The notes under the pieces were generated by a model. The model was given only the letters and a program-made list of their open reading frames with translations, was not told the origin of the DNA and did not search any database. DNA of 64,000 nt, from the NCBI GenBank assembly GCA_964345765.1, contig CAYFSJ010000001.1:10509-74508 (forward strand), given 5' to 3'. The DNA comes from an uncultured Erysipelothrix sp. Its GTDB lineage: Bacteria > Bacillota_I > Bacilli_A > Erysipelotrichales > Erysipelotrichaceae. The position numbers and the translations under genes are program-made. Below are positions 19,887-29,512 of this stretch, piece after piece. Numbering within the stretch: the first letter of the stretch is position 1; each line of letters begins with the position of its first letter.

Positions 19887-22880
19887 TTAGTTGCCATTCC
19901 CATTACCAGGATCTGGTTCTGGATCAGGCTCTGGCTGTGATTGTTCAACCGTAAAGGTAATAGTTGAAACATCACTAATGTTAAAGCTATTAATCGCTTG
20001 TCCATCTGCTAGAATCGAGGTGATACGAGCATTTGGATTATCAGTCGGACCAGATAGAGTGAACAATCGTCCTAAGTCATTCTGTAGGACACGAACACTT
20101 CGACCTACATAGGACTGTAGATTGACAACCTCACCATCATAATAAGTTATAGTGAAGTTAGCTCTATCAAGAGTGCTCTGACTTACTTCTTGGTTAGCAT
20201 AGTTAGGTGAAATTGATTGAATCATGCCTAGTTGATCTCGAGAGTTAGGTGTAATCGCTCTACGGGTAATACCCGCTGAAGTATTCTCTCTAATCCAAGC
20301 TTCAGCCTCAGAAACTGGTTTTCCAACAAAGTCAGGCATTTCAACCATTTGGTTACCTGTATTAATCGTCTCACAAATTTGATTTGAACGACTTTCCTCA
20401 CGATTACTCCAAGTATAGAACGAACAAACTTGTAAGTTTTGATTGGAACGTGCATCCGCCACTTGAATCGTACGCTCATTATTTGAATCAATGAGTGTTT
20501 CAATCACATTCCCATTTAATGTAATTTCAGTACCATAATTAATCTCACCAAACATCCAAGAAGGATGGAAAAGTTGTTTACCAGTACGAGTCATGGTTTG
20601 ACCCAATGAGTTTGTTGCTGTCATTACCTTTGTTCTATCTTCTGTGCTAACAGCATCATCATCTGGATAAGGAGCAATCTGAACATTAATCTCTAAACCA
20701 GAGCGATCAAAGGTTCCAAGAGCAACACTCTGTGAAGATAAAGTCTCAAGTTCAGCCGCTTTTAAGGTATCTAAACGAGAGAACTTATCAATAATTAATC
20801 CATTCGCAATAAATTCTTCACTCATCCCTTCAACAGGCGCTACATATGGATAAACAGCCAATACATGTCTTATGTTAACCACTCCCGCTGGTCTTTCAAG
20901 CGCAACAGGTTCATGGAAGGTCGCCGCATTATCAATCAATAAGTTACTTTGATGAGCCACTTGTTGAGCATTAGGCCATGGATCAGCAATAAAGTTAGGC
21001 GTTCCATCCTCATTAATAAATTGTTTAAACCCATTCCAAACAACATGGGTATATTCGCTGGTAGAGGCCGCATGCCAGGCATCCTTAGTCGTACCTTCCT
21101 TAATACCATAAGCTTCAAATTCATCTCCATGGTCAGAAGTACCCGTCTTAGAATAAACAGGATAAGGTCTTTGGTTCATTGAAGCAGCCGTACCACTACC
21201 AAATGGAGCATCAACCGCCGCCTTCATTACTGTCGCAGTCAAATAAGCTGCTTCAGGAGAAATAACTTGAACCGGTTCAAAGTTAGGATAAATTGGGTCA
21301 CGACCCTCAATCTCAATACGAGTAATTGTATGAGGTCTAATATATTGACCATTATTAATCATAGCTGCATGCGCACCAGCCACTTGAAGTGGTGTCACCG
21401 TAAAGAGACCACCACCAATTGAATAGGCAGAGTTAACATTTTGAGCTGTTTGGGGATCAAATCCTAAACTCGTTAGATAATTGGTCACACGCTCATATCC
21501 AATACCATCGCCAGATAATAGAGCGTCCATCGTTTTTAAAGCTGGTATATTTAAGGAACGAATCACTGAATCTTCTAACGTAATATCACCAGTGAACTGA
21601 CCATTAGCATTATGAACAAATACTGGACTACCAATATAGGCATAAGGTCCATCCTCAATAACATGTTTAGTTGAATATCCAAGATATTCAAACGAAAGTG
21701 AGTAAGGTAGAATTGGTTTTAAAACAGAACCAGGTTGTCTAGTGAGTGACGACGCATTATTAAAGGCTCGTTGTACTCTATCTTGTTCTGGGAACTTGCG
21801 TCCACCACCAATCGCAATGATTTCACCTGTTCTATTATTTAATGTGACATAAGCCGCATCGATTTTTTCATTATAGAAATAGTCGTAATTGTTATCCTCA
21901 ATGGATTCAATAAGAGTTTGTTGAGAAGGGTTAAGAGCCGTATAAATCTTCATGCCTTGTAAGTAAGGATCGATACCATAGACTTCTTGCATCTCATCAA
22001 TTACAACATCTAAGTATTCTGAATGGGGTTGAATATCGCCATAGTATTTATCATCGCCCCAAAGCTGATTCTCTAATTTAATTGAAACAGCCAAGTCACG
22101 CTCTTCTTGGGTAATGTAACCATGACGAAGCATTAAATCCAAGACGACATTACGGCGATCAGTTCCAGCCTGTAGATGGTTATAAGCATTTAAATTGGTC
22201 GGTTCATTAATGACACCAGCCAAATAAGCAGCTTCACTAAGGTTTAATTCTCCCACTTCTTTATTAAAGTAATATAAGGCCGCTTTAGCAATCCCTCTTG
22301 ATTTAGGAACTCCAAAGTTAATCTTATTCAAATAATACTCTAGAATTTGTTCCTTGGTCGTAATTTCCTCTAGATCCATCGCTAGAGAGATTTCTTGAGC
22401 TTTACGATCAACTGTTCCTGGAGCTAAATTGTCATCATCAGAAAAGATTGAGTTCTTAATAATTTGCATCGTGATAGTCGAAGCACCAGCCCCGAAACTT
22501 CCTCCGCTAAGGAAACGTCTTACTGTCTGTAGTGATTCATTTGTAAAACGAGCTAAGTCAAAGCCTTCATGTTCAAAGAATTTCGCATCTTCAATGGACA
22601 CAAATGCATCAACTACGACATTAGGTAAATCATCATAGGTAATATTATCGCTTAGTTTTAATCCAATCTCCGCGAATAATTCACCGTTGGCATCATACAC
22701 AAGTGTAGATTCAGGGGTCTCGAGTCGAGCGATATCAAGTTCTGGTCTTTCGGCAATCATTCCTTTGACCATGTTTAGCGCAAAACCTGCCACTATCATT
22801 GATACGACTAAGACCGTTAATAATATAGTTGCGAGTGTCTTACGGACAATATACAACTTTCTTTTTTTAGGTTTTGTCAT
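19887..22880 (-). CDS. ponA: Class A penicillin-binding protein (PBP1A type) with a long C-terminal extension including PASTA-like repeats
   Basis: GT51 motifs SIEDAKFFEHEGFD and GASTITMQ. Transpeptidase motifs SVLKP (SxxK) and SKTGTS (KTG). 997 aa. Downstream of recU, as in the Bacillus recU-ponA operon. Confidence 0.9.
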   Translation of the reverse strand: MTKPKKRKLYIVRKTLATILLTVLVVSMIVAGFALNMVKGMIAERPELDIARLETPESTLVYDANGELFAEIGLKLSDNITYDDLPNVVVDAFVSIEDAKFFEHEGFDLARFTNESLQTVRRFLSGGSFGAGASTITMQIIKNSIFSDDDNLAPGTVDRKAQEISLAMDLEEITTKEQILEYYLNKINFGVPKSRGIAKAALYYFNKEVGELNLSEAAYLAGVINEPTNLNAYNHLQAGTDRRNVVLDLMLRHGYITQEERDLAVSIKLENQLWGDDKYYGDIQPHSEYLDVVIDEMQEVYGIDPYLQGMKIYTALNPSQQTLIESIEDNNYDYFYNEKIDAAYVTLNNRTGEIIAIGGGRKFPEQDRVQRAFNNASSLTRQPGSVLKPILPYSLSFEYLGYSTKHVIEDGPYAYIGSPVFVHNANGQFTGDITLEDSVIRSLNIPALKTMDALLSGDGIGYERVTNYLTSLGFDPQTAQNVNSAYSIGGGLFTVTPLQVAGAHAAMINNGQYIRPHTITRIEIEGRDPIYPNFEPVQVISPEAAYLTATVMKAAVDAPFGSGTAASMNQRPYPVYSKTGTSDHGDEFEAYGIKEGTTKDAWHAASTSEYTHVVWNGFKQFINEDGTPNFIADPWPNAQQVAHQSNLLIDNAATFHEPVALERPAGVVNIRHVLAVYPYVAPVEGMSEEFIANGLIIDKFSRLDTLKAAELETLSSQSVALGTFDRSGLEINVQIAPYPDDDAVSTEDRTKVMTATNSLGQTMTRTGKQLFHPSWMFGEINYGTEITLNGNVIETLIDSNNERTIQVADARSNQNLQVCSFYTWSNREESRSNQICETINTGNQMVEMPDFVGKPVSEAEAWIRENTSAGITRRAITPNSRDQLGMIQSISPNYANQEVSQSTLDRANFTITYYDGEVVNLQSYVGRSVRVLQNDLGRLFTLSGPTDNPNARITSILADGQAINSFNISDVSTITFTVEQSQPEPDPEPDPGNGNGN

Positions 22881-22893
22881 AATCTAATCTCCT

Positions 22894-23469
22894 TTATAGT
22901 AAGTGTCTTAAAACCTCTATATAATCACAAGGTTTTAAATACGAATAAGGTATTAAATGTCCATTCTCAGCAATCCAATCATATGGAATGGATTTAAGAG
23001 AAGTTTTTTTAAGGAATTCCTTTAATACCGAGTAATCAACTAAATAAGTCTCTTGATGAGAGGTAAAACGAATAATCAGAAAACTAAACCCTCCATGAAA
23101 CAGCACGGCATCCAGATGATCAAATTGATGCTGATGTATCATCGAAAGGGGAATCCTCGTTTTATTCTTGGTTTGTTTCGCTTCAAAATCAATATATCTC
23201 CCATTATAGACACCATTGTAATCAGTGGTCGATGGGAGTTGATAAAAAGCTTTGGTGATTTTAGCCGCAGAACGTTTTGGGTAATCAACCTCAACCACTG
23301 TAATAGGGGTTGGTTTCTTATAAACCAAAGCAATCTGATGAGCTGCATAAAATTGGTTAGTTCTATTTAAGTCATCTTCGAGTGATTGACCAAGATTACC
23401 TTTATTAATCAGTTTGTCCTTATTCACTTTTGATTTCTTTCCATTAGGATAGCCAATCATATTTATCAC
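22894..23469 (-). CDS. recU: Holliday-junction resolvase RecU
   Basis: 191 aa with GQSLEDDLNRTNQFY...VYKKPTPI...DFEAKQT, the RecU pattern. Immediately upstream of ponA. Confidence 0.85.
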   Translation of the reverse strand: MINMIGYPNGKKSKVNKDKLINKGNLGQSLEDDLNRTNQFYAAHQIALVYKKPTPITVVEVDYPKRSAAKITKAFYQLPSTTDYNGVYNGRYIDFEAKQTKNKTRIPLSMIHQHQFDHLDAVLFHGGFSFLIIRFTSHQETYLVDYSVLKEFLKKTSLKSIPYDWIAENGHLIPYSYLKPCDYIEVLRHLL

Positions 23470-23596
23470 CTAACCTATTATATCAATTTTAAGCTTTTAA
23501 TACTATACTATGTCATTGTCTGCCAATAAACGAATGTACTTGGAAAATGATACGATTTTTGGTATTATACTAATGGTACAGAATAGAAGAGGCGAC

Positions 23597-23929
23597 ATGG
23601 AAAAGTTAAAACTTAATTTAGATGAAATTGAAAATAAAGTGTTCCCAGTAGACTTTAAAGGCTATAGTTCCTATGAAGTCGACAGTTTTTTAGATGATGT
23701 CATGTCAGATTATGAAACCTATGACAATGAGATGAACCGTTTAAATGGTTTAGTGAAGCATTATGAGAATATTATTTCTGAACTTTCTCAAGAAAATCAA
23801 CATTTAAAAGCAAAAATTGCTTCTAATGAAGCAGCTTTAGGGACAACTCAACCATCCACATTAGATATTATTCGACGCGTTGCTCGTCTTGAAGAGATTG
23901 TACTAAATAAAGATAATAATCAACAATAA
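23597..23929 (+). CDS. gpsB: Cell-cycle protein GpsB (DivIVA-domain)
   Basis: MEKLKLNLDEIENKVFPVDFKGYSSYEVDSFLDDV (DivIVA/GpsB N-domain), a coiled coil, and a C-terminal ILRRVxRLE-like IIRRVARLEEIV. ATG 23597 follows GAAGAGG. Confidence 0.85.
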   Translation: MEKLKLNLDEIENKVFPVDFKGYSSYEVDSFLDDVMSDYETYDNEMNRLNGLVKHYENIISELSQENQHLKAKIASNEAALGTTQPSTLDIIRRVARLEEIVLNKDNNQQ

Positions 23930-24270
23930 AACTTGGTAATCGCTGCAAGCTTGCCTTGTAGAGGAAAGTCCATGCTCGCACCATCTGAGATGATGGTAGT
24001 GATTGTGCTTAACGAAAAAATAAGTTAAGGCATCTAAGGATGACGGCGAACCCTTAACCTAAGGTGTTTCACTATGGTTAAGGACGTAAAGTGCCACAGA
24101 GACGTAGTTATATAGAAATATATAAGTGGAACGGGTAAACCCCACAAGCGAGAAACCCAAAATTGGTAGGGGAATTTTTCTAAGTTAATTCAAACAAGGA
24201 AAAAACACTTTGTGTAGATAGATGATTACCCCTTTGTTACAAAGGACAGAACATGGCTTATAAGTTTTTT
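23929..24270 (+). ncRNA. rnpB: RNase P RNA, bacterial type B (compact, ~340 nt)
   Basis: GGTAATCGCTGCA...GAGGAAAGTCCATGCTCGCAC (P4 5' strand), AGTGCCACAGAGACG, GGTAAACCCCACAAGCGAGAAACCCAAAATTGGTAGGGGAA, and GACAGAACATGGCTTATAAG (P4 3' strand). The ends AAACTT/AAGTTT pair as P1. Closely parallels the B. subtilis rnpB sequence as I remember it. Ends are approximate. Confidence 0.92.
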
Positions 24271-24298
24271 GTTAATTATATATAGTTAGAGGTGACCC

Positions 24299-25210
24299 AT
24301 GAAAACAATCGGTGAAATACTAAAACAAAGGCGTCTCGAACTTGGTTATAGTATAGAAGATATTCATGACAAAACGAAACTCTCACCAGTCCACATCAAA
24401 GCTATCGAAGATGGCGATTTGGACTATTTTCGTCATGATTTGTCATATTTAAAATTCTTCGTTCAATATTATTGTCAAGCCGTTTACCTTGATTTTGATG
24501 AAATTAAAGATGACTACGAAAAAGTACTCAATAACTATTATGAGACTCAAGCCATCAAAAAGATTGAATCAACTCAAGCATCCAATGAGAATATTCAAAG
24601 ACGTATAAAAAATCAACAGTCAAATTATAAAGAAGCAACAGGAGCTCGTTCGATTCAATTTCAAAAAGTTGAAAATCAAACAGTCTTTATGTTCATCATT
24701 ATTGCGATATTAGTCGCTTTATTACTCTTTGGTTTCTTTAAACTGGTTCTTCCTCGCTTAACTTCTAACAATGATCAACCAGACATTGTTGAAGTGGAAA
24801 CGCCTGATGTTGTTGAACAAGAACCAGATCCTATTGTTGAGCCAGAGCCTCAACCCGAACCTGAACCAGAACCTGAACCTGTCGCACCAATTACTTCGAC
24901 GATGACAGATGCATCAAACTATACAATTAGTAATGTGACCAATGAAAGTCAGTTTATTATTCGATTTAGTGGTGATACTTGGATTCAAGCTTATATTAAT
25001 GGAACTGCTGTAGCAGAACCTGTAGCTGGCGTTTATGGTGCTGGTCAAGAAATCGTCATCCCACTTGACGGAAGTATTCAATCAGTCTCATTTGATTTTG
25101 GGAATCTAGTGGGTTCGTCCATCTTTGTTGATGAAACGGCCATTGAACTTGATCCAATTACATTAGGGTCAGCTCCAATCTTGATTAATTTCCATATTGA
25201 AGGTGAATAG
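24299..25210 (+). CDS. rodZ: RodZ-like cytoskeleton-associated morphogenetic protein
   Basis: N-terminal Xre-type HTH (IGEILKQRRLELGYSIEDIHDKTKLSPVHIKAIEDGD), a central TM helix, a Pro/Glu linker and a C-terminal beta-rich domain. Upstream of pgsA, as remembered for Bacillus ymfM. Confidence 0.8.
   Translation: MKTIGEILKQRRLELGYSIEDIHDKTKLSPVHIKAIEDGDLDYFRHDLSYLKFFVQYYCQAVYLDFDEIKDDYEKVLNNYYETQAIKKIESTQASNENIQRRIKNQQSNYKEATGARSIQFQKVENQTVFMFIIIAILVALLLFGFFKLVLPRLTSNNDQPDIVEVETPDVVEQEPDPIVEPEPQPEPEPEPEPVAPITSTMTDASNYTISNVTNESQFIIRFSGDTWIQAYINGTAVAEPVAGVYGAGQEIVIPLDGSIQSVSFDFGNLVGSSIFVDETAIELDPITLGSAPILINFHIEGE
24857..24880 (+). repeat. Tandem hexanucleotide repeat (GAACCW)x4 encoding (EP)n
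   Basis: GAACCT GAACCA GAACCT GAACCT, inside the wider linker EPDPIVEPEPQPEPEPEPEPVAP. Confidence 0.85.
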
Positions 25211-25789
25211 ATGAACTTACCAAATAAATTAACCACGCTAAGAATAATCCTCATCCCGATTATTCTCCTCTTATTTTTTAACCCGATTTTTCATTCAGCG
25301 ATTACAATTTTTGGTGTCCAGTTCTCAGTAAATGAACTGGTCATCTTATTATTGTTTTGTGTATCTTCCATTACCGATTTACTCGATGGTCAAATTGCGC
25401 GCAAACACAATTTGATTACAACCTTTGGTAAATTCATGGATCCTATCGCTGACAAATTATTAGTTAATACCATGTTTTATCTATTTACTGTTTCAAATCA
25501 AATTCATCCAATCTTCTTTTTATTGATGTTTTTTAGGGATATCATCGTTGATGGTATAAGAATGTTAGCAGCCAGTAAAGGAACAGTCATTGCTGCAGGG
25601 AATTTGGGCAAATTAAAAACAGTGCTTCAAATGTTTGCGATTATCATGATTGCTTTAAAAAATATTGGATTTAGTCAACTTAATATTCCAATGGATATGA
25701 TTCTTGTCATTGCAGCAACCATTATCTCAGTTATCTCAGGAATTCAATATGTATGGGGTGCAAAAGATTTAATTTTAGAATCAATTTAA
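25211..25789 (+). CDS. pgsA: CDP-diacylglycerol--glycerol-3-phosphate 3-phosphatidyltransferase
   Basis: CDP-alcohol phosphotransferase motif DLLDGQIARKHNLITTFGKFMDPIADK in a multi-TM protein. Confidence 0.92.
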   Translation: MNLPNKLTTLRIILIPIILLLFFNPIFHSAITIFGVQFSVNELVILLLFCVSSITDLLDGQIARKHNLITTFGKFMDPIADKLLVNTMFYLFTVSNQIHPIFFLLMFFRDIIVDGIRMLAASKGTVIAAGNLGKLKTVLQMFAIIMIALKNIGFSQLNIPMDMILVIAATIISVISGIQYVWGAKDLILESI

Positions 25790-25805
25790 TAGAAAGTAGG
25801 ACAAT

Positions 25806-26807
25806 ATGAGCGAAAAGAAAAATGATCAATTATTAGATGATGCTCTAAAACAAATACAAAAACAATTCGGTAAAGGCTCTATTATGCGCTTAGGTGATCG
25901 AGCAGCAGTTGATATTGATGCGATTTCATCCGGTTCATTAGCTTTAGACTATGCCTTAGGCGTCAAAGGTTACCCAAAAGGAAGAATTATCGAAATCTTT
26001 GGTCCTGAATCCAGTGGGAAAACGACCTTAGCTTTACATGCCATTGCTGAAGCACAAAAGATGGGTGGAAAAGCTGCCTTTATTGATGCTGAAAATGCCA
26101 TCGATCCTAATTACGCTAAAAATCTTGGCGTTAATATCGATGATTTAATTTTGTCACAACCTGATAGTGGTGAACAAGGACTTGAGATTACTGAAGTTCT
26201 GATACGTTCAGGAGCTATCGATTTAGTCGTTGTCGACTCTGTTGCAGCACTAGTTCCTCAACAAGAACTAGATGGTGAAATGTCCGATCAACAAGTCGGT
26301 CTACAGGCTAGAATGATGTCAAAAGCCATGCGTAAATTAGCTGGAGTCATGAATCGTTCTAATACAACAGTCATCTTTATTAACCAATTAAGAGAAAAAG
26401 TTGGGATTATGTTTGGAAACCCAGAAACAACACCTGGTGGTCGTGCACTAAAATTCTATTCTTCGATTCGTTTAGATGTTCGTCGTTCTGAATCCATTAA
26501 ACGTGGAACAGAAGTTGTTGGAAATAAAGTGAATGTCCGTGTCGTAAAAAACAAAGTAGCGCCACCATTTAAATTAGCGGTCCTAGAGATTGTTTATGGT
26601 GAAGGTATTTCAGCAACTGGGGAAGTCATTGATTTAGGTGCAGAACATGAAATAATTGATAAAGCAGGTGCTTGGTATTCTTATAAAGGCGAGCGAATTG
26701 GTCAAGGTCGTGAAGCAGTGCGTACCTTCTTAAAGGACAATCCAGAAGTGTTTGAAGACATTAAAGCACAGTTAAGAGAAAGGCTCTTTGTACATCCTGA
26801 AAATTAA
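25806..26807 (+). CDS. recA: Recombinase RecA
   Basis: [11 protein letters not shown], Walker [50 protein letters not shown]. Confidence 0.98.
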   Translation: MSEKKNDQLLDDALKQIQKQFGKGSIMRLGDRAAVDIDAISSGSLALDYALGVKGYPKGRIIEIFGPESSGKTTLALHAIAEAQKMGGKAAFIDAENAIDPNYAKNLGVNIDDLILSQPDSGEQGLEITEVLIRSGAIDLVVVDSVAALVPQQELDGEMSDQQVGLQARMMSKAMRKLAGVMNRSNTTVIFINQLREKVGIMFGNPETTPGGRALKFYSSIRLDVRRSESIKRGTEVVGNKVNVRVVKNKVAPPFKLAVLEIVYGEGISATGEVIDLGAEHEIIDKAGAWYSYKGERIGQGREAVRTFLKDNPEVFEDIKAQLRERLFVHPEN

Positions 26808-26851
26808 GTCAGTTACTTGTACAATGAAGTTAAATAATCTATAATTATCCT

Positions 26852-26879
26852 AGAATGTTTACCATAACATTCTTTTTTA
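26852..26879 (+). terminator. Intrinsic terminator after recA
   Basis: AGAATGTT - TACCAT - AACATTCT followed by T6. Confidence 0.75.
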
Positions 26880-26900
26880 TTATATAAATAGGAGGATATT

Positions 26901-28454
26901 ATGCAAGAAGCATATATGCCCATCCTAGTTGGATTTATTGGTATTATACTTGGAATTGTCTTATCGATGGTTCTTAATCACTTCAATTTATTAAAAGCGC
27001 GTAAAGAAGCTGACGAAGTGATAGAGAGATCAAAACAGCAAGCGGATTCTATTGTCCGTGAAGCGCAACTTGAGGGTAAAACTCAAGTTTATGAGTTAAA
27101 ATTACAAGCTGAAAAAGAAAACAAAGAGAGAAAATCAGAATTAAGTCATTTGGAATCTCGTCTTGATCGTCGTGAGAATCAACTCATCTTACGCGAGAAA
27201 GCCTTTTTAAGCAGTGAAAAGAACTTAGAAGATAGAACAAAACAATTAAATACAAAATATTCTCAATTAGAAAAGATGGAAGAGGATCTACAACAACGGA
27301 TTGATTCTCAAATTATCGAACTACAACGAATTTCAAATCTAACAATCGAAGAAGCCAAAGAACAAATTCTTCAAAAAGTTGAACTGAAAATGGACAATGA
27401 GATTGCTAATCTGATCCGAGATAGAGAAGATGAAGCCAATCGCATGGCTGAAATCAAAGCCAAAGACATTTTATCTCAAGCCATTGACCGTTTCTCACAA
27501 GATGAAGTTAATGAAAGAACAGTCTCTGTCATTCAACTTCCAAATGAAGACATGAAAGGTCGTATTATCGGTCGTGAAGGACGTAATATTCGTGCGATTG
27601 AAGCCGCTACCGGGGTTGATTTAATCATTGATGATACACCTGAAGTGATTCAGATTTCATGTTTTAACCCAATTCGAAGAGAAATTGCTCGTCAAGCTTT
27701 AGAAATTTTAATTAAAGATGGACGAATTCAACCAGGACGTATTGAAGAAGTGGTTAATAAAGTCTCTAAAGAAGTGGATGCAACAATCCAAAAAGCAGGG
27801 GAAGAAGCTACCTTCAAACTTGGTATTCACCGTATTGATAAAGAACTCGTTAAATATATTGGACGTCTTAAATATAGAACCTCATATGGTCAAAATGCAC
27901 TTCAACACAGTTTAGAAGTCGCTCATATGGCTGGTATGATGGCCGCTGAGTTAGGCTTGAATCAAAACATGGCTAAACGTGCTGGCCTATTACATGATAT
28001 TGGTAAAGCTCTAGACTTTGAAATTGAAGGAACCCATGTTGAATTAGGGGCAAAACTTGCGAAACGATATGGTGAAAATCAAATCGTAATCAATGCGATT
28101 GAAAGTCACCATGGTGACTCGCCAAAAGAACACTTAATCTCTAACTTAGTCTCTGCAGCTGATACTTTATCTGCCGCTAGACCGGGTGCACGTATTGAAA
28201 GTTATGAAAACTATATTCAACGCTTAGAACAATTAGAAAATATTTCTAATCGCTTTGAAGGGGTTGAACAAACCTATGCCATTCAAGCAGGACGTGAAGT
28301 CCGTGTTATGGTCGTACCAGATAAGATTTCTGATGCTCAAGCAACACTCTTAGCTCGACAAATTAGAGATACGATCGAAGAAGAAATGACCTATCCAGGA
28401 CATATTAAAGTAACAGTCGTTAGAGAAGTTAGAAAACAAGAGATTGCTAAATAA
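26901..28454 (+). CDS. rny: Ribonuclease Y
   Basis: N-terminal TM helix, a long coiled coil, KH domain ([15 protein letters not shown]) and HD domain ([10 protein letters not shown]...LLHDIGK). AGGAGG RBS. Confidence 0.95.
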   Translation: MQEAYMPILVGFIGIILGIVLSMVLNHFNLLKARKEADEVIERSKQQADSIVREAQLEGKTQVYELKLQAEKENKERKSELSHLESRLDRRENQLILREKAFLSSEKNLEDRTKQLNTKYSQLEKMEEDLQQRIDSQIIELQRISNLTIEEAKEQILQKVELKMDNEIANLIRDREDEANRMAEIKAKDILSQAIDRFSQDEVNERTVSVIQLPNEDMKGRIIGREGRNIRAIEAATGVDLIIDDTPEVIQISCFNPIRREIARQALEILIKDGRIQPGRIEEVVNKVSKEVDATIQKAGEEATFKLGIHRIDKELVKYIGRLKYRTSYGQNALQHSLEVAHMAGMMAAELGLNQNMAKRAGLLHDIGKALDFEIEGTHVELGAKLAKRYGENQIVINAIESHHGDSPKEHLISNLVSAADTLSAARPGARIESYENYIQRLEQLENISNRFEGVEQTYAIQAGREVRVMVVPDKISDAQATLLARQIRDTIEEEMTYPGHIKVTVVREVRKQEIAK

Positions 28455-29212
28455 TGAAATGTTGTTTTGTTGGCGACATTGTCGGTAAAGCAGGTCGTCA
28501 AAAATTAAGAGAGGTATTAGCTCAACTAAAACAAGTGTATCAATTTGATACACTTGTTGTTAATGGAGAGAACGCTGCCCATGGTAAAGGGATTACCCCT
28601 AAAATCTATCAAGAATTTATTCGATTAGGGGTTGATGCCATTACTTTAGGAAATCATTCTTTCTCAAAAAGAATTATTCTAGATGAAATAGATGCTTGTG
28701 ACAGATTGATTCGACCAAAAAATATGATACCAACCGAGGTCGGTAAGAGTCATTTAATCTTAAACACAAAAGAGGGCACCCTCGCTATTCATTCAATTAT
28801 GGGTGAGGTCTTTATGAACAATGTGAGTCAAAACCCAATTGAAGCTTTTAAAGAGAGTTTAAGAACCGTTAAAGCGGATATGCACTTTGTAGATTTTCAT
28901 GGTGAAGCAACCGCAGAAAAACAAACCTTCTTACATGTTTATAAGAATGATTGTGTGGCAATAGTGGGGACGCATACCCATGTACAAACCGCAGATGAAA
29001 TGATTCTAGATGGTTGTGCGTATATCAGTGATGTTGGGATGACAGGAGTTACCCATTCAATTTTAGGACGAGATGTCCAAGAAGTTTTACTCAATATGTC
29101 TGGTGAGAAAACACATTATAAAGTTGCCACTGGCCCTGCACATTTAAGTGCTGTTATTATAACGATTGAAAACAAAAGAGCGATTGATATTAAACGTGTG
29201 AAAATAATGTAA
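28454..29212 (+). CDS. ymdB: YmdB-family metallophosphoesterase (2',3'-cyclic-nucleotide phosphodiesterase)
   Basis: [45 protein letters not shown]. Directly downstream of rny. Confidence 0.88.
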   Translation: MKCCFVGDIVGKAGRQKLREVLAQLKQVYQFDTLVVNGENAAHGKGITPKIYQEFIRLGVDAITLGNHSFSKRIILDEIDACDRLIRPKNMIPTEVGKSHLILNTKEGTLAIHSIMGEVFMNNVSQNPIEAFKESLRTVKADMHFVDFHGEATAEKQTFLHVYKNDCVAIVGTHTHVQTADEMILDGCAYISDVGMTGVTHSILGRDVQEVLLNMSGEKTHYKVATGPAHLSAVIITIENKRAIDIKRVKIM

Positions 29213-29220
29213 AAAGGGTA

Positions 29221-29249
29221 TTGATTCTAAAAAGTTATACTGGTATAAT
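29221..29249 (+). promoter_or_regulatory. Sigma-A-type promoter (extended -10) for the ferredoxin gene
   Basis: TTGATT (29221-29226) - 17 nt - TATAAT (29244-29249), with TG at -15/-14. Confidence 0.6.
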
Positions 29250-29266
29250 TTTATTCGACAAGGAGG

Positions 29267-29452
29267 ATGATGACCATGCCAGTAAGAGTAGATCAAGAAA
29301 CCTGCATTGGTTGTGAAGCATGTGTTCATGTTTGTCCAACAAATGCATTATTCATGAATGACGACGGGAAAGCAGAATGTCAAGAAGATCTTTGCATTGA
29401 CTGTGGAGCTTGTATCCCAACATGTCCTGTCGGGGCAATTGAAGCAATTTAA
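29267..29452 (+). CDS. 2x[4Fe-4S] ferredoxin
   Basis: CIGCEACVHVCP and CIDCGACIPTCP motifs. The start could be ATG 29267, 29270 or 29276 (AAGGAGG at 29258-29264). Confidence 0.88.
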   Translation: MMTMPVRVDQETCIGCEACVHVCPTNALFMNDDGKAECQEDLCIDCGACIPTCPVGAIEAI

Positions 29453-29473
29453 AGTTTAAAAGAACCTAAAATG

Positions 29474-29494
29474 CCAGGGCAACCTGGTTTTTTT
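29474..29494 (+). terminator. Intrinsic terminator after the ferredoxin gene
   Basis: CCAGG-GCAA-CCTGG followed by T7. The flanks CCTAAAA/TTTTAGG can extend the stem. Confidence 0.7.
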
Positions 29495-29512
29495 AGGCAT
29501 TGGAGATAAGAA

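Noticed and set aside
20228-21182. Several 64-91-aa ORFs on both strands inside ponA (20228-20503, 20936-21130, 20949-21182). Similar ones lie at 19891-20112, 22429-22638 and 22687-22887.
   Set aside because: They are embedded in a gene with unambiguous PBP motifs. They have odd composition and no RBS, as expected from chance open frames in AT-rich DNA.
23053-23370. Overlapping ORFs on both strands within recU (23053-23370 +, 23139-23348 -)
   Set aside because: The RecU frame carries the family motifs and operon context. The alternatives are Lys/Arg/Ile-rich and have no start signals.
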